Assembly (NCBI GenBank): GCA_017559525.1
Contig: JAFYRI010000009.1
Coordinates: 82,148 to 146,147, forward strand
Source of the DNA: Alphaproteobacteria bacterium
GTDB lineage: Bacteria; Pseudomonadota; Alphaproteobacteria; CAAHEQ01; UBA3637
DNA: 64,000 nucleotides
Reading direction: 5' to 3'
Below are positions 20,567 through 28,556 of the stretch, in pieces. The translations under genes and the position numbers were made by a program. Under the pieces are notes generated by a model, which ran no database searches, had not been told where the DNA came from, and was given only the letters and a program-made list of their open reading frames with translations. The first letter of the stretch is position 1; the number at the start of each line of letters is the position of its first letter.

Positions 20567-22486
20567 TTAACCTCCTATTTTTAAATCTTGAGTTACGCTA
20601 ACAATTTTAAATGGTTTGGGTAAACTACCAATAATACGCCACGGGGGAGTTGTCGGGGAACGATTCCATCTCAATGATCGAATAACTATATCGGTTGTTT
20701 GTTTTTTTATTGAACTATTTAATGTATATGTGTTTAATGCATAAGGCATTTCTTGACGAATGCCAGATCCCGTATCGATTTCTAATGTATTTGTATCGAT
20801 TAATCTGAAGATAGCTTTTACTAAACGATAACAAGATACAGGAGCGGCAGTATTGCTTGCACTAATAGCTGGTGGTAACGGTGAAATAATGTGTGTATAT
20901 CCTATTCCCATTTCAATCGAATGGGCTGTTATGGGAAGTGAAATTGTATTTGTATGAGGTATTTCATCAGGTAACACAATATCATCTGCCATTATTTTAG
21001 TTGTTTGTCCAATTAAATGTTCTGGTACATTAAATGTATTTGAGGGTATTTCACTTGTTTGAATGATACTACAATCTGTATTTAATGTATTATCAAAACA
21101 TTCTAAATAATAAGAATTGTTTCTAAGTACAATTGTATATGCTTTTGTTCCCACCATGCAGATAGATAAAAAAGTACCATTTGTTATAAGTTCGGTCCAA
21201 CTTTGAATATCTTCTGAACGAAATGAACATAATACGCCAATATGACCATTTTGCATTACAATATACGTTTGTCGATTGTGTTTATCATAGGTGCTATCTA
21301 TAGGCTTATCAATCAGGTGAGATGCTAATAATGACAAGTCTGTAGCTTGATATGCTTGTTCAATATCTGAAAATAAAAACTCTCGAATTTCATACCCGTT
21401 TGCAGCAGCAAATATTGTAGCTCCATCAACGCCTAAAGGAGGGATATATCTATCAGATCTTGAACCAACTTGTGTTTGACGATTCAACTGAATATTAGAT
21501 GGGGTTAAAGGATTTCCCGATACCATCCATTCAGATGATGTGGTAAAGATTTGTAAATGACGCCCACTATACAATGCACAAATAGCATTTAATCCATCAG
21601 ACATAATAGTAAATTCTATCGCATGAGAATCATACCCATCCCCTAATTCAAAATTGGTGATATCAGCACTTTGACTAAACCATAATGTATTGGGTAATTT
21701 TCGACTGCCACCAAAGACCAATCGGGATTGATAAAAAGCAGTGCAAATTGGCCATCCATATGTATCATTAAATGCTGGTTCATAAAAAGAACGTGTAGGT
21801 TCTAAAGCTGATTTGTCATCAGCCTCTGTAACCAATTTTTTCTTGATATCAGCTTGAGCTTCTGTAGAGCTTGAAATAGATGTAATTTGTGCATATCCTT
21901 CTGCAATTTTTATTTGTTTTCCAATATGTCGTTCTTCAAAAAAGTTCGCAGAAGTAGTTAATGTGACTTTTCCACTAACTGCTGAACTTTTGATTGTGAT
22001 ATCTTCGTTGCAAAATTTATGATATGGTTCCAAAATACACCCATTTTCAGTCATAAATGTAAAATTATTTAATGCCCAGCCATCGGATGTTTTTTCCAAT
22101 TTTTTAGGTTGGATATCAGGATGTGTTAATAATAATTTATTTTCATATTGGCACCACCGTATATTATTTAAATGTTCGTTTGTATAAGGTGTTTCAATAC
22201 TGATAATCAATGTATCGTGATGATAAATTAAAAGACTTTTATGTTGTAAAATCACCAAATAAGATTCTGTTGTGCTGTATTCTAAACAAATGAGTTTTCC
22301 TGTACCATTTAGAGTATTAATATATCTTAATCCTGGTCTTCTTTTAATGCCTCCAGTTGGTTCGATAAAAACATTTTTTAGTTCCATCGCTCCGTTTGCA
22401 TATGCTCTTAAATCTACACGTCCTAATAAATTATGAGATAATTCACCAGCGGTAAAATTTGTTTTTGCGGTAAAAATATTTGTCAT
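20567..22486 (-). CDS. Tail tubular protein B / nozzle (T7 gp12-like)
   Basis: NFTAGELS..LLGRVDL..Y, GGIKRRPG, GWP...FYQSRLVFGG, LWFSQS, HLQIFT. Confidence 0.85.
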   Translation of the reverse strand: MTNIFTAKTNFTAGELSHNLLGRVDLRAYANGAMELKNVFIEPTGGIKRRPGLRYINTLNGTGKLICLEYSTTESYLVILQHKSLLIYHHDTLIISIETPYTNEHLNNIRWCQYENKLLLTHPDIQPKKLEKTSDGWALNNFTFMTENGCILEPYHKFCNEDITIKSSAVSGKVTLTTSANFFEERHIGKQIKIAEGYAQITSISSSTEAQADIKKKLVTEADDKSALEPTRSFYEPAFNDTYGWPICTAFYQSRLVFGGSRKLPNTLWFSQSADITNFELGDGYDSHAIEFTIMSDGLNAICALYSGRHLQIFTTSSEWMVSGNPLTPSNIQLNRQTQVGSRSDRYIPPLGVDGATIFAAANGYEIREFLFSDIEQAYQATDLSLLASHLIDKPIDSTYDKHNRQTYIVMQNGHIGVLCSFRSEDIQSWTELITNGTFLSICMVGTKAYTIVLRNNSYYLECFDNTLNTDCSIIQTSEIPSNTFNVPEHLIGQTTKIMADDIVLPDEIPHTNTISLPITAHSIEMGIGYTHIISPLPPAISASNTAAPVSCYRLVKAIFRLIDTNTLEIDTGSGIRQEMPYALNTYTLNSSIKKQTTDIVIRSLRWNRSPTTPPWRIIGSLPKPFKIVSVTQDLKIGG

Positions 22487-23052
22487 AAACGTACCTCAAT
22501 AAGGGAAAAATCTTGAAAGGCTGTTGGAATAGATTGTTGAGAATCGATGTTTTTAGCCATAGAAAAATCTTTATCAGCCATTTTCCTTAAATGTTCAGTT
22601 CTATTCGTACTTTCAGTTAAGGGTAAGCAAAATTCAGTTGCTAAAAATGAAATCACTAGTTGCGAAAAAAATGGTGGAAAATCTGTTTCGTTTGGTTTAA
22701 ACACATATGTTAGTAAAACAGTTTCACTATCTGTATGTAATTGATTTCCTTGAATGCGATAATCTAATCCTTTTCCAATGCCGATAGGGCCAGCTGAAAT
22801 AGCTCTCAAAAAATCATTAGGTAGTGCATAGGCATATTTATAATCACCATTTGGATTTTTTTGTAATCGTGCCAGTTCTTTTTGAGTTGTTGCAAATCGC
22901 CATGGATAAGCAGATAATAGGCCATCAACTGTGGATGTGTATAATTGTTCTGCAACACTAGCTTCAGCACTTTTTTCATTGAATGAAGCTATACTTTTTG
23001 TACCAATTTTAGTCAAGGCTCTGGAACATAAATCAATAGATGAAAAGGGCAT
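22483..23052 (-). CDS. Tail tubular protein A / adaptor (T7 gp11-like)
   Basis: IDLCSRALTKIG, YPWRFA, YAYALPNDFLR; position between capsid and nozzle genes. Confidence 0.85.
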   Translation of the reverse strand: MPFSSIDLCSRALTKIGTKSIASFNEKSAEASVAEQLYTSTVDGLLSAYPWRFATTQKELARLQKNPNGDYKYAYALPNDFLRAISAGPIGIGKGLDYRIQGNQLHTDSETVLLTYVFKPNETDFPPFFSQLVISFLATEFCLPLTESTNRTEHLRKMADKDFSMAKNIDSQQSIPTAFQDFSLIEVRL

Positions 23053-23080
23053 AGTATTCTCCTAAAAAACAATTAAAGTG

Positions 23081-23106
23081 AAAACTGGACGGGATTGCCC
23101 GTCCAG
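23081..23106 (-). terminator. Intrinsic terminator after major capsid gene
   Basis: Minus strand CTGGACGGG-CAAT-CCCGTCCAG-TTTT, 9-bp perfect stem. Confidence 0.75.
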
Positions 23107-23132
23107 CTGAAAACAATAGAGGTTAAAATGAT

Positions 23133-23951
23133 TTATTCTGTGATAGCAGATACATCTATTTTGATGACTCCTTTATCATCAATTAAACAAGCTCCTTGAC
23201 TCATCATATTGTTTACAAAATGTGCCGCATAATCACCATGCCATGTGATGTCTGTTTTGATATCTTGACCAGATGCATGACCAATCGCAGATTTATGATA
23301 AATAAAACAACTATGTCCATTGCCCGATTTTGGTAATCCCGTATGCATAATCCATACAATACCCATCCATTTTCGAGTTTCGCTACCTGTTAAAAATGGA
23401 TATGCTTCTCCAACATAATTAGCATTAGAAAATTCTTCAATACTCATGAGTTGATTCCATGCATCTGGAGAGAGTAAACCATATCTTTCACCATCATCTG
23501 GCACATCGTTTTTATTCAAAATGGTAAAGGCTTGCATGATACGTTCTTTTGTAAGAGCTCCTTCTCCAATTGATTGTGTTGCTCCGCTTAATGCATTGAT
23601 AATTAATTCATCTGTTTTTCGACCAAGTGCATAGGCGCCAGCTTGAGCCAATACCTTTCTTTCATCATGACCTAATTTTAATTCATCTAAAGAATCGACC
23701 CATTGGCCAGAATAGTAATCTGTTAACATACATTCAACAGGTACATGTGTGATATCATTTGAAGTAATTTGTGCATTACGTGTTTTTGTATTTGCTGTAG
23801 CTGTTCCAATAACTTGGAATGTTGTGCTAGCGCCTTTAATACCAGATTTTGAACGGACTGTTGATTGTAATTTTGACCCTTGTTGTTGATAGGCATTATG
23901 CACTTCAGCTTCAAAATGTTTGATAAAAGAGTTATCGATTGTTGTTGTCAT
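23133..23951 (-). CDS. Major capsid protein (podoviral HK97 fold)
   Basis: FIKHFEAEVHNAYQQQGSKL, AGAYALGRKTDELII, FIYHKSAIGHA, MSQGACLID; position after scaffold. Confidence 0.85.
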   Translation of the reverse strand: MTTTIDNSFIKHFEAEVHNAYQQQGSKLQSTVRSKSGIKGASTTFQVIGTATANTKTRNAQITSNDITHVPVECMLTDYYSGQWVDSLDELKLGHDERKVLAQAGAYALGRKTDELIINALSGATQSIGEGALTKERIMQAFTILNKNDVPDDGERYGLLSPDAWNQLMSIEEFSNANYVGEAYPFLTGSETRKWMGIVWIMHTGLPKSGNGHSCFIYHKSAIGHASGQDIKTDITWHGDYAAHFVNNMMSQGACLIDDKGVIKIDVSAITE

Positions 23952-24072
23952 AAAATATTCCTTTCATTTGTTTAACATAAAAAAAGGTTTATTTATGGTT
24001 GTAAGGAAAAACTCCTTGCCGTGATAAACCAAGGGGAGTTGGGGGCTTAAAAAATTAAGTTATCCTTAAAAA

Positions 24073-24762
24073 TTATTTATATAGGCGTTTAAAGCCATCT
24101 TCTACACGTTTTAAAAAAACGGGATCTTGTTCTTTCCAATATTTTGGATTGCGCATTAAAGCACGTAAAGATTCATTTGATATAGTTTCTTGTGTTTGTG
24201 AAGATTGAGGTAAAATACTTGGCTCTGTTTGTTCATTCATCATTTTGTAAATAGTCATAATGCCATCTTTGCTAGTGGATAGAGCATTAAAAATATCTGG
24301 TTTTAAATTTTTTTCACCCCAAGCAGAAATTTGACGAGCAACTGTATTAAATCCTTCTGCGCCACCGAATTCTCGTTCTAGTTCAGCCATTTCTTTATCG
24401 GCACGATAATCTGCTGATAAATTTTCTAATAGAGGAATAATTTTGTCTGCTGCTAAATCATACACAGCTTGTAATTGTTCATTGGTAAAACCAAGATTGA
24501 ATAATTTCTTATTCATTTCTTCGTCTATAACCAATTTTGGATTTTTCATAACGATTTTATACTCTTCTGGACTACTTGGCATATTTCCTTGAGTTTTCAT
24601 TGGCAATAATGTTTGACGACTACTAAGTTTTTTTTCTAGTGCCAAATATGATTTTAGTAATTCATCTACTTTGATTTCACCTGTTGTTGAATTTTTAAAT
24701 TTATTTGGTACTTTTAATGTATCTGTTGTTTGTTCGTTTTGATTTTCTTTTTGTTCAACCAT
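24073..24762 (-). CDS. Capsid assembly scaffolding protein
   Basis: VPNKF..LLKSYLALEKKL, PSSPEEY, LMRNPKYW..DP; position between portal and capsid. Confidence 0.75.
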   Translation of the reverse strand: MVEQKENQNEQTTDTLKVPNKFKNSTTGEIKVDELLKSYLALEKKLSSRQTLLPMKTQGNMPSSPEEYKIVMKNPKLVIDEEMNKKLFNLGFTNEQLQAVYDLAADKIIPLLENLSADYRADKEMAELEREFGGAEGFNTVARQISAWGEKNLKPDIFNALSTSKDGIMTIYKMMNEQTEPSILPQSSQTQETISNESLRALMRNPKYWKEQDPVFLKRVEDGFKRLYK

Positions 24763-24772
24763 ATTTTTCTCC

Positions 24773-24979
24773 TTATGTTTGTGGTTCTTTTTTCCCCTGG
24801 CAAATCAAAGTTTCTATTTGATGAACCAAGAAACGCTCTCCTTCTAAAAAGCGTAATTCATTATCTGATGCAGATGCGGGTAATACGCGTTCTTTTGTTA
24901 GATGCTTCAGATAAGATAAGACCTCTTTTCCATCATGCGATGTAAATAATCGGGCAAATTGATGTATTGGAGGAATCAT
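24773..24979 (-). CDS. Small conserved phage protein downstream of portal (Bbp19-like)
   Basis: FARLF..DGKEVL.YL...LRFLEGERFLV motif typical of this slot in podoviral head modules. Confidence 0.65.
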   Translation of the reverse strand: MIPPIHQFARLFTSHDGKEVLSYLKHLTKERVLPASASDNELRFLEGERFLVHQIETLICQGKKEPQT

Positions 24980-26493
24980 GATTTTGTCCCGATATAATTT
25001 GATAAATCAATAATATTGTTTGATGAGTTATCATCGTTTTTATAAGATATTTGTAATATATCTGATGGCACGTTTAATTTGTCTCCTAGCCATTTTACAA
25101 ACAATGGGATATTGATATTTTGTAATGCAATATCTCCCATTTTTGTAATTGTATTAAACCAAGTCAGTGCGTTTTCTGCATCAATTTGAGCTTGTTCATT
25201 TGCTCGAGTGGATTTGTAAGCAACTTTTAACAAGTGATTGTCTACATAAATATCGGGTATTTCTCCACGACGCCGTAATAATGCTGCGGCTCGATCAACT
25301 AGAGGCATTAATAATTCCGTTTGTAAACGCCCGTATGTTGCACCCAAAATACGCATCATCTGAGCAGACCGTTCTCGGACTTCGGTGGCAGTCATACGTT
25401 CTTGGTCCAATTGTCCCAATTTATCTCCTAGTAAAGCATGACGAATATGTGAACGTAAATCTTCAATTACTAATTGTGATACGTCAAATTTACCGGGGGC
25501 TTCTAAAGGGGTTAATCCTTTTGAACCAACGGCTTTAGGAATAATCGCACCAGGGGTTAGTTTAATGTTAGCGGGATTAAGCACTCCATCATCTTCAGCT
25601 AACCAAATACCAGTTACAGCAATAGATGCGTTTTTTAAAATAAGTTCTACGACCTTATTAGCTGTTTTAATATCGGGTAAGGCCTTCATAACAGGTGATC
25701 GTCCATAAACTTCCCCTGGTGCTTTGACCCAGCGAAAGGAAATAAAAGGTGATGTTGAAAAGACACTTTCCTTTAATAAGGAGTTAACACCTTTTAGGGA
25801 ATCGTGCTGGTTGTCTGGTTCCAGAAAAACACTGTATGTATATCCACCACCGATACGCGGTAAGACCGATTCTATAATAGATATTTTTGCTTCATCTTCA
25901 GTTAATGCGCGTACAGCTTTATCGTTTAGTTCAAAATTTGGAAAACGATTTTTTAATGTTAAATAATCCATTTGTGATTTACGGAAGGTGCAATCTAAAC
26001 GACCCGATGGTCCTTCATCTAAACAAATTTCAGATAAAGGAACACATAAGAAGCGAAAAGCAGAAGTATATCCAAGTGGAGCTTCTTCAAACAATAAACA
26101 AGCAGTTCCAGTTGTAATTAAATCCAAATAACATTGGTGTATTTCTAATGCAAAATTAGAACGATCAAAGTGTGCTTGAATGGTATCAGAAATTTTCTCT
26201 AATGTTGGGCTGATAGAAGAGGCATCTTCTTGAGATAAGTCTGTTCCTGCTGTTAATTTAAACCATTTCCCCCAAGGTGGTGTCATTTCAGATAGCATTA
26301 AAGCAGCTAATTGATCTACACAATCTGGTGCAGTGCCATCAAATAATTGATTGATTTTTGACGAACTCTGAGCAAATGCGCTTTCACGTTGAGGAAGGGC
26401 AAATTCATAGCATTCTTCCCAAGTACTATCCCACGCTGAGCGTTTATTTAATGCTTTTTTATATTTGGCGTAAATGTGTTGTACGTCAGACAT
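24976..26493 (-). CDS. Portal / head-tail connector protein (T7 gp8-like)
   Basis: WEECYEFALP, LFDGTA, GEVYGRSPVMKALPDIKTAN, MTATEVRER, LGATYGRLQTE. Confidence 0.92.
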   Translation of the reverse strand: MSDVQHIYAKYKKALNKRSAWDSTWEECYEFALPQRESAFAQSSSKINQLFDGTAPDCVDQLAALMLSEMTPPWGKWFKLTAGTDLSQEDASSISPTLEKISDTIQAHFDRSNFALEIHQCYLDLITTGTACLLFEEAPLGYTSAFRFLCVPLSEICLDEGPSGRLDCTFRKSQMDYLTLKNRFPNFELNDKAVRALTEDEAKISIIESVLPRIGGGYTYSVFLEPDNQHDSLKGVNSLLKESVFSTSPFISFRWVKAPGEVYGRSPVMKALPDIKTANKVVELILKNASIAVTGIWLAEDDGVLNPANIKLTPGAIIPKAVGSKGLTPLEAPGKFDVSQLVIEDLRSHIRHALLGDKLGQLDQERMTATEVRERSAQMMRILGATYGRLQTELLMPLVDRAAALLRRRGEIPDIYVDNHLLKVAYKSTRANEQAQIDAENALTWFNTITKMGDIALQNINIPLFVKWLGDKLNVPSDILQISYKNDDNSSNNIIDLSNYIGTKS

Positions 26494-26539
26494 TATTTTC
26501 TCCTGTAAATAAGTGATAGGTTAATATTTAGCCCCAACC

Positions 26540-26573
26540 AACAAAAACACCCTTGAGTCATAGCCCAAGGGTG
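26540..26573 (-). terminator. Intrinsic terminator in the 5' leader of the portal operon
   Basis: Minus strand CACCCTTGGG-CTATGA-CTCAAGGGTG-TTTTTGTT (10-bp stem with one G-U), between the promoter and the portal ATG. Confidence 0.75.
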
Positions 26574-26608
26574 AAAAATGGATACACTGGTGGTTGTTAA
26601 CTGAACTC

Positions 26609-26637
26609 AATATAGCACATTTTTATTCCGTTGTCAA
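26609..26637 (-). promoter_or_regulatory. Sigma70-type promoter for the virion operon
   Basis: Minus strand TTGACA-17 nt-TATATT with extended -10 TG. Confidence 0.75.
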
Positions 26638-26651
26638 GGATTATTTTCCTT
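26636..26651. promoter_or_regulatory. Palindromic operator overlapping the -35 of the virion promoter
   Basis: AAGGA-TTATTT-TCCTT; a related site lies at 27468-27483. Confidence 0.5.
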
Positions 26652-27030
26652 TTTTCTTTGATAAAAATTTAAAAAGCTGATAAGGCGTTAAAATAAAACG
26701 TTTTTTTATTCCTAAAAATCTTTTGACTGTTTCAACACATGTAAAGGGCATTAAAACAGCGCGTGAGACATTTGGAATAACTGGAGTTGTTCGAATTAAT
26801 TGATAGCCTTGATTGGTTAATGCCTTTTTAATATCCACATTTTTCAACACAATAATGTCCGTAAAATGAGATAGAGTATCAATTAAAATCCATTCATATC
26901 CATTTCCAAGAATAATAAAACAATGATAAAAATTTTTTTTTAAAAAATGCATCCACCAAAATCTGGGTTCTCCACCAAATCCAACATAGGCAAAAGGGTA
27001 TCTGTATCCACATAATGATTCGTTTTTCAT
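26641..27030 (-). CDS. Hypothetical protein, possible permuted papain-like (NlpC/P60-superfamily) fold
   Basis: FYHCF then PFTCVETVKRFLG..ILTPYQLF: His before Cys, with a C-terminal TP motif. Confidence 0.45.
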   Translation of the reverse strand: MKNESLCGYRYPFAYVGFGGEPRFWWMHFLKKNFYHCFIILGNGYEWILIDTLSHFTDIIVLKNVDIKKALTNQGYQLIRTTPVIPNVSRAVLMPFTCVETVKRFLGIKKRFILTPYQLFKFLSKKKGK

Positions 27031-27380
27031 GCAACAATTCCTTTTTGTTTTAATATGTTGTTTAAAAAATCTAATGCTTCATCCCATAATTTACATATGC
27101 GTGGGCTATCACCTAAATTAGGGTGAGGAGGGATTTGTTGCATGCCATATTTAGATAAAATTTTGGCATGTTCTTGCGAAATAATGCCACTTTTAAGTAA
27201 TCGTTTAACCGCAATAATAATATCTGACGATTCGCATGGTCTGATGATAGATTTGTGTCCCCCTCTACTACGTGTACAACCAAGTGATTCGCATAGACAA
27301 CACCAAAACCATGCTTCTTCTGAGTTATCAAAAGGTGTTGTTTTTGGATCGTAATGTGTGATTGGATTATAATGTTTCAT
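27027..27380 (-). CDS. Hypothetical protein, first gene of the cluster; candidate activator/antiterminator
   Basis: GGGAGG RBS; PFxxxEEAWFW, RPCExxDI, LWxEA..L..KGIV; preceded by an SOS box. Confidence 0.6.
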   Translation of the reverse strand: MKHYNPITHYDPKTTPFDNSEEAWFWCCLCESLGCTRSRGGHKSIIRPCESSDIIIAVKRLLKSGIISQEHAKILSKYGMQQIPPHPNLGDSPRICKLWDEALDFLNNILKQKGIVA

Positions 27381-27407
27381 ATCAATTTCCTCCCTTTTTT
27401 ATGATAA

Positions 27408-27422
27408 GAACAAAATGAGAAC
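27408..27422. promoter_or_regulatory. Alphaproteobacterial LexA (SOS) box
   Basis: GAAC-AAAATGA-GAAC is an exact GAAC-N7-GAAC direct repeat, 28 bp upstream of ATG 27380 and just downstream of its promoter. Confidence 0.8.
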
Positions 27423-27429
27423 AAAATAT

Positions 27430-27458
27430 CTAATAGTTCAAAAGTATGGTCTTGTCAA
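27430..27458 (-). promoter_or_regulatory. Promoter of the 117-aa gene
   Basis: Minus strand TTGACA-17 nt-TATTAG. Confidence 0.55.
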
Positions 27459-27467
27459 GTGGCTAAA

Positions 27468-27512
27468 TAAGATAATTTTCCTATTGACAAGGAATAAAAA
27501 TAATGTTATCTT
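27468..27512 (+). promoter_or_regulatory. Operator-like palindrome plus sigma70 promoter of the repressor gene
   Basis: TAAGATAATTTTCCTA immediately followed by TTGACA-17 nt-TATCTT (extended -10 TG). Confidence 0.6.
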
Positions 27513-27536
27513 ATATTATCATAATGTTAGGAGGCC

Positions 27537-28178
27537 TTGATGCAATTAAGTTATTCTGAAATTTGGGCGGGTATTGAAAATTTGGCGGCCCAAAATGGTT
27601 TGTCGTTATCCGCTATGGCGACAAAGGCCGGATTGGATCCGACCAGTTTTAATAAATCTAAACGAGTCGGACCGGATGGACGTAAACGCTGGCCATCAAC
27701 GGAGAGTATGAACAAGTTATTGCAAGCCATGAATGTGACTATTTTTGAATTTGTGGAATTAGCTGGCGAATCACCAGTGCCTCCCCACAATCAAACAATA
27801 CCCTTGTTAGGATTGGCAAAAGCCGGTCGGGAAGGGTACTTTGATTCTGATGGTTATCCACTTAGTGTTGATGAGTGGGATGGCATAGAATTTCCGTTGG
27901 TTTTGGATAAAAATGTGTATGCGTTAGAGGTTTCCGGTGACAGTATGGAACCAACGTATCGTGACGGTGATAAATTAATCGTCTCTCCCGAAGCCGAAGT
28001 ACGTCGTGGTGACCGAGTCGTTGTAAAACTGATGACGGGTGAAGTGATGGTCAAGGAACTTATCCGCGAATCTGCTAGACAAGTGGAGTTAAAATCACTA
28101 AATCCTGCGTATAAAGACATTATCGTGCCAGCCTTAGACGTTTTATGGATGAAACGTGTCTTGTGGGTTAGTCAGTAG
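27537..28178 (+). CDS. HTH transcriptional repressor with S24 (LexA/CI-type) peptidase domain
   Basis: N-terminal HTH (GLSLSAMATKAGLDPTSFNKSKR...WPSTES), Ala-Gly site (AKAG), catalytic Ser (GDSMEP) and Lys (VMVKEL). Confidence 0.9.
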   Translation: MMQLSYSEIWAGIENLAAQNGLSLSAMATKAGLDPTSFNKSKRVGPDGRKRWPSTESMNKLLQAMNVTIFEFVELAGESPVPPHNQTIPLLGLAKAGREGYFDSDGYPLSVDEWDGIEFPLVLDKNVYALEVSGDSMEPTYRDGDKLIVSPEAEVRRGDRVVVKLMTGEVMVKELIRESARQVELKSLNPAYKDIIVPALDVLWMKRVLWVSQ

Positions 28179-28321
28179 GGACTTTATTTGCAAGCAGGAA
28201 ATTCATGCATGTTTATTTTTGTTTTTAGTGAAGAATATATCGCTAGATAATTGAATAACTTTTTTATTCATAATAAAAATCCTTTTTTTCAAAAAAAGAG
28301 GGGGGATGCTTTTGGGATAAC

Positions 28322-28355
28322 AAAAAAAGCCGCCGTAAAGGCGGGCAGCTTTTTG
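28322..28355 (-). terminator. Terminator downstream of rpmJ
   Basis: GC-rich hairpin around CGCCGTAAAGGCG, flanked by A and T tracts. Confidence 0.65.
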
Positions 28356-28367
28356 ATAAATCCGGTA

Positions 28368-28493
28368 TTAACCTTGACGAGCCTTTAATTTTGGCTTTTT
28401 CTTGTTAATAACGTACACGCGACCTTTTCTGCGTACGATTTTGCAGTCTTTATCACGAGCTTTAGCGGATTTTAAAGAACAACGAACTTTCAT
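28368..28493 (-). CDS. rpmJ: 50S ribosomal protein L36, type B (not in ORF track)
   Basis: [41 protein letters not shown]; AAAGGG RBS. Confidence 0.95.
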   Translation of the reverse strand: MKVRCSLKSAKARDKDCKIVRRKGRVYVINKKKPKLKARQG

Positions 28494-28556
28494 TTTATGA
28501 CCCTTTCTACTTTAAACTGAGGCGATGATACATGATTTTATTTCACTTGTCAAGTA

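Larger units (their letters stand above)
17482..28178 (-). mobile_element. Podovirus (T7-like) structural/packaging/lysis cluster with divergent repressor; candidate gene transfer agent or cryptic prophage
   Basis: Portal, scaffold, capsid, tail tubular A/B, terminase, cell-wall hydrolase and holin-like genes; no integrase, replication or tail-fibre genes in the cluster. Confidence 0.8.

Noticed and set aside
24003-24017. AAGGAAAAACTCCTT as a third repressor operator
   Set aside because: Half-site spacing is one base shorter than at the other two sites and it fits better as part of an RNA stem.
17482-28178. Complete inducible prophage
   Set aside because: No integrase, att sites, replication genes or tail fibre; flanked by core genes. 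A cryptic remnant cannot be fully excluded.
28203-28271. 22-codon ORF downstream of rpmJ
   Set aside because: Too short and has no recognisable features.
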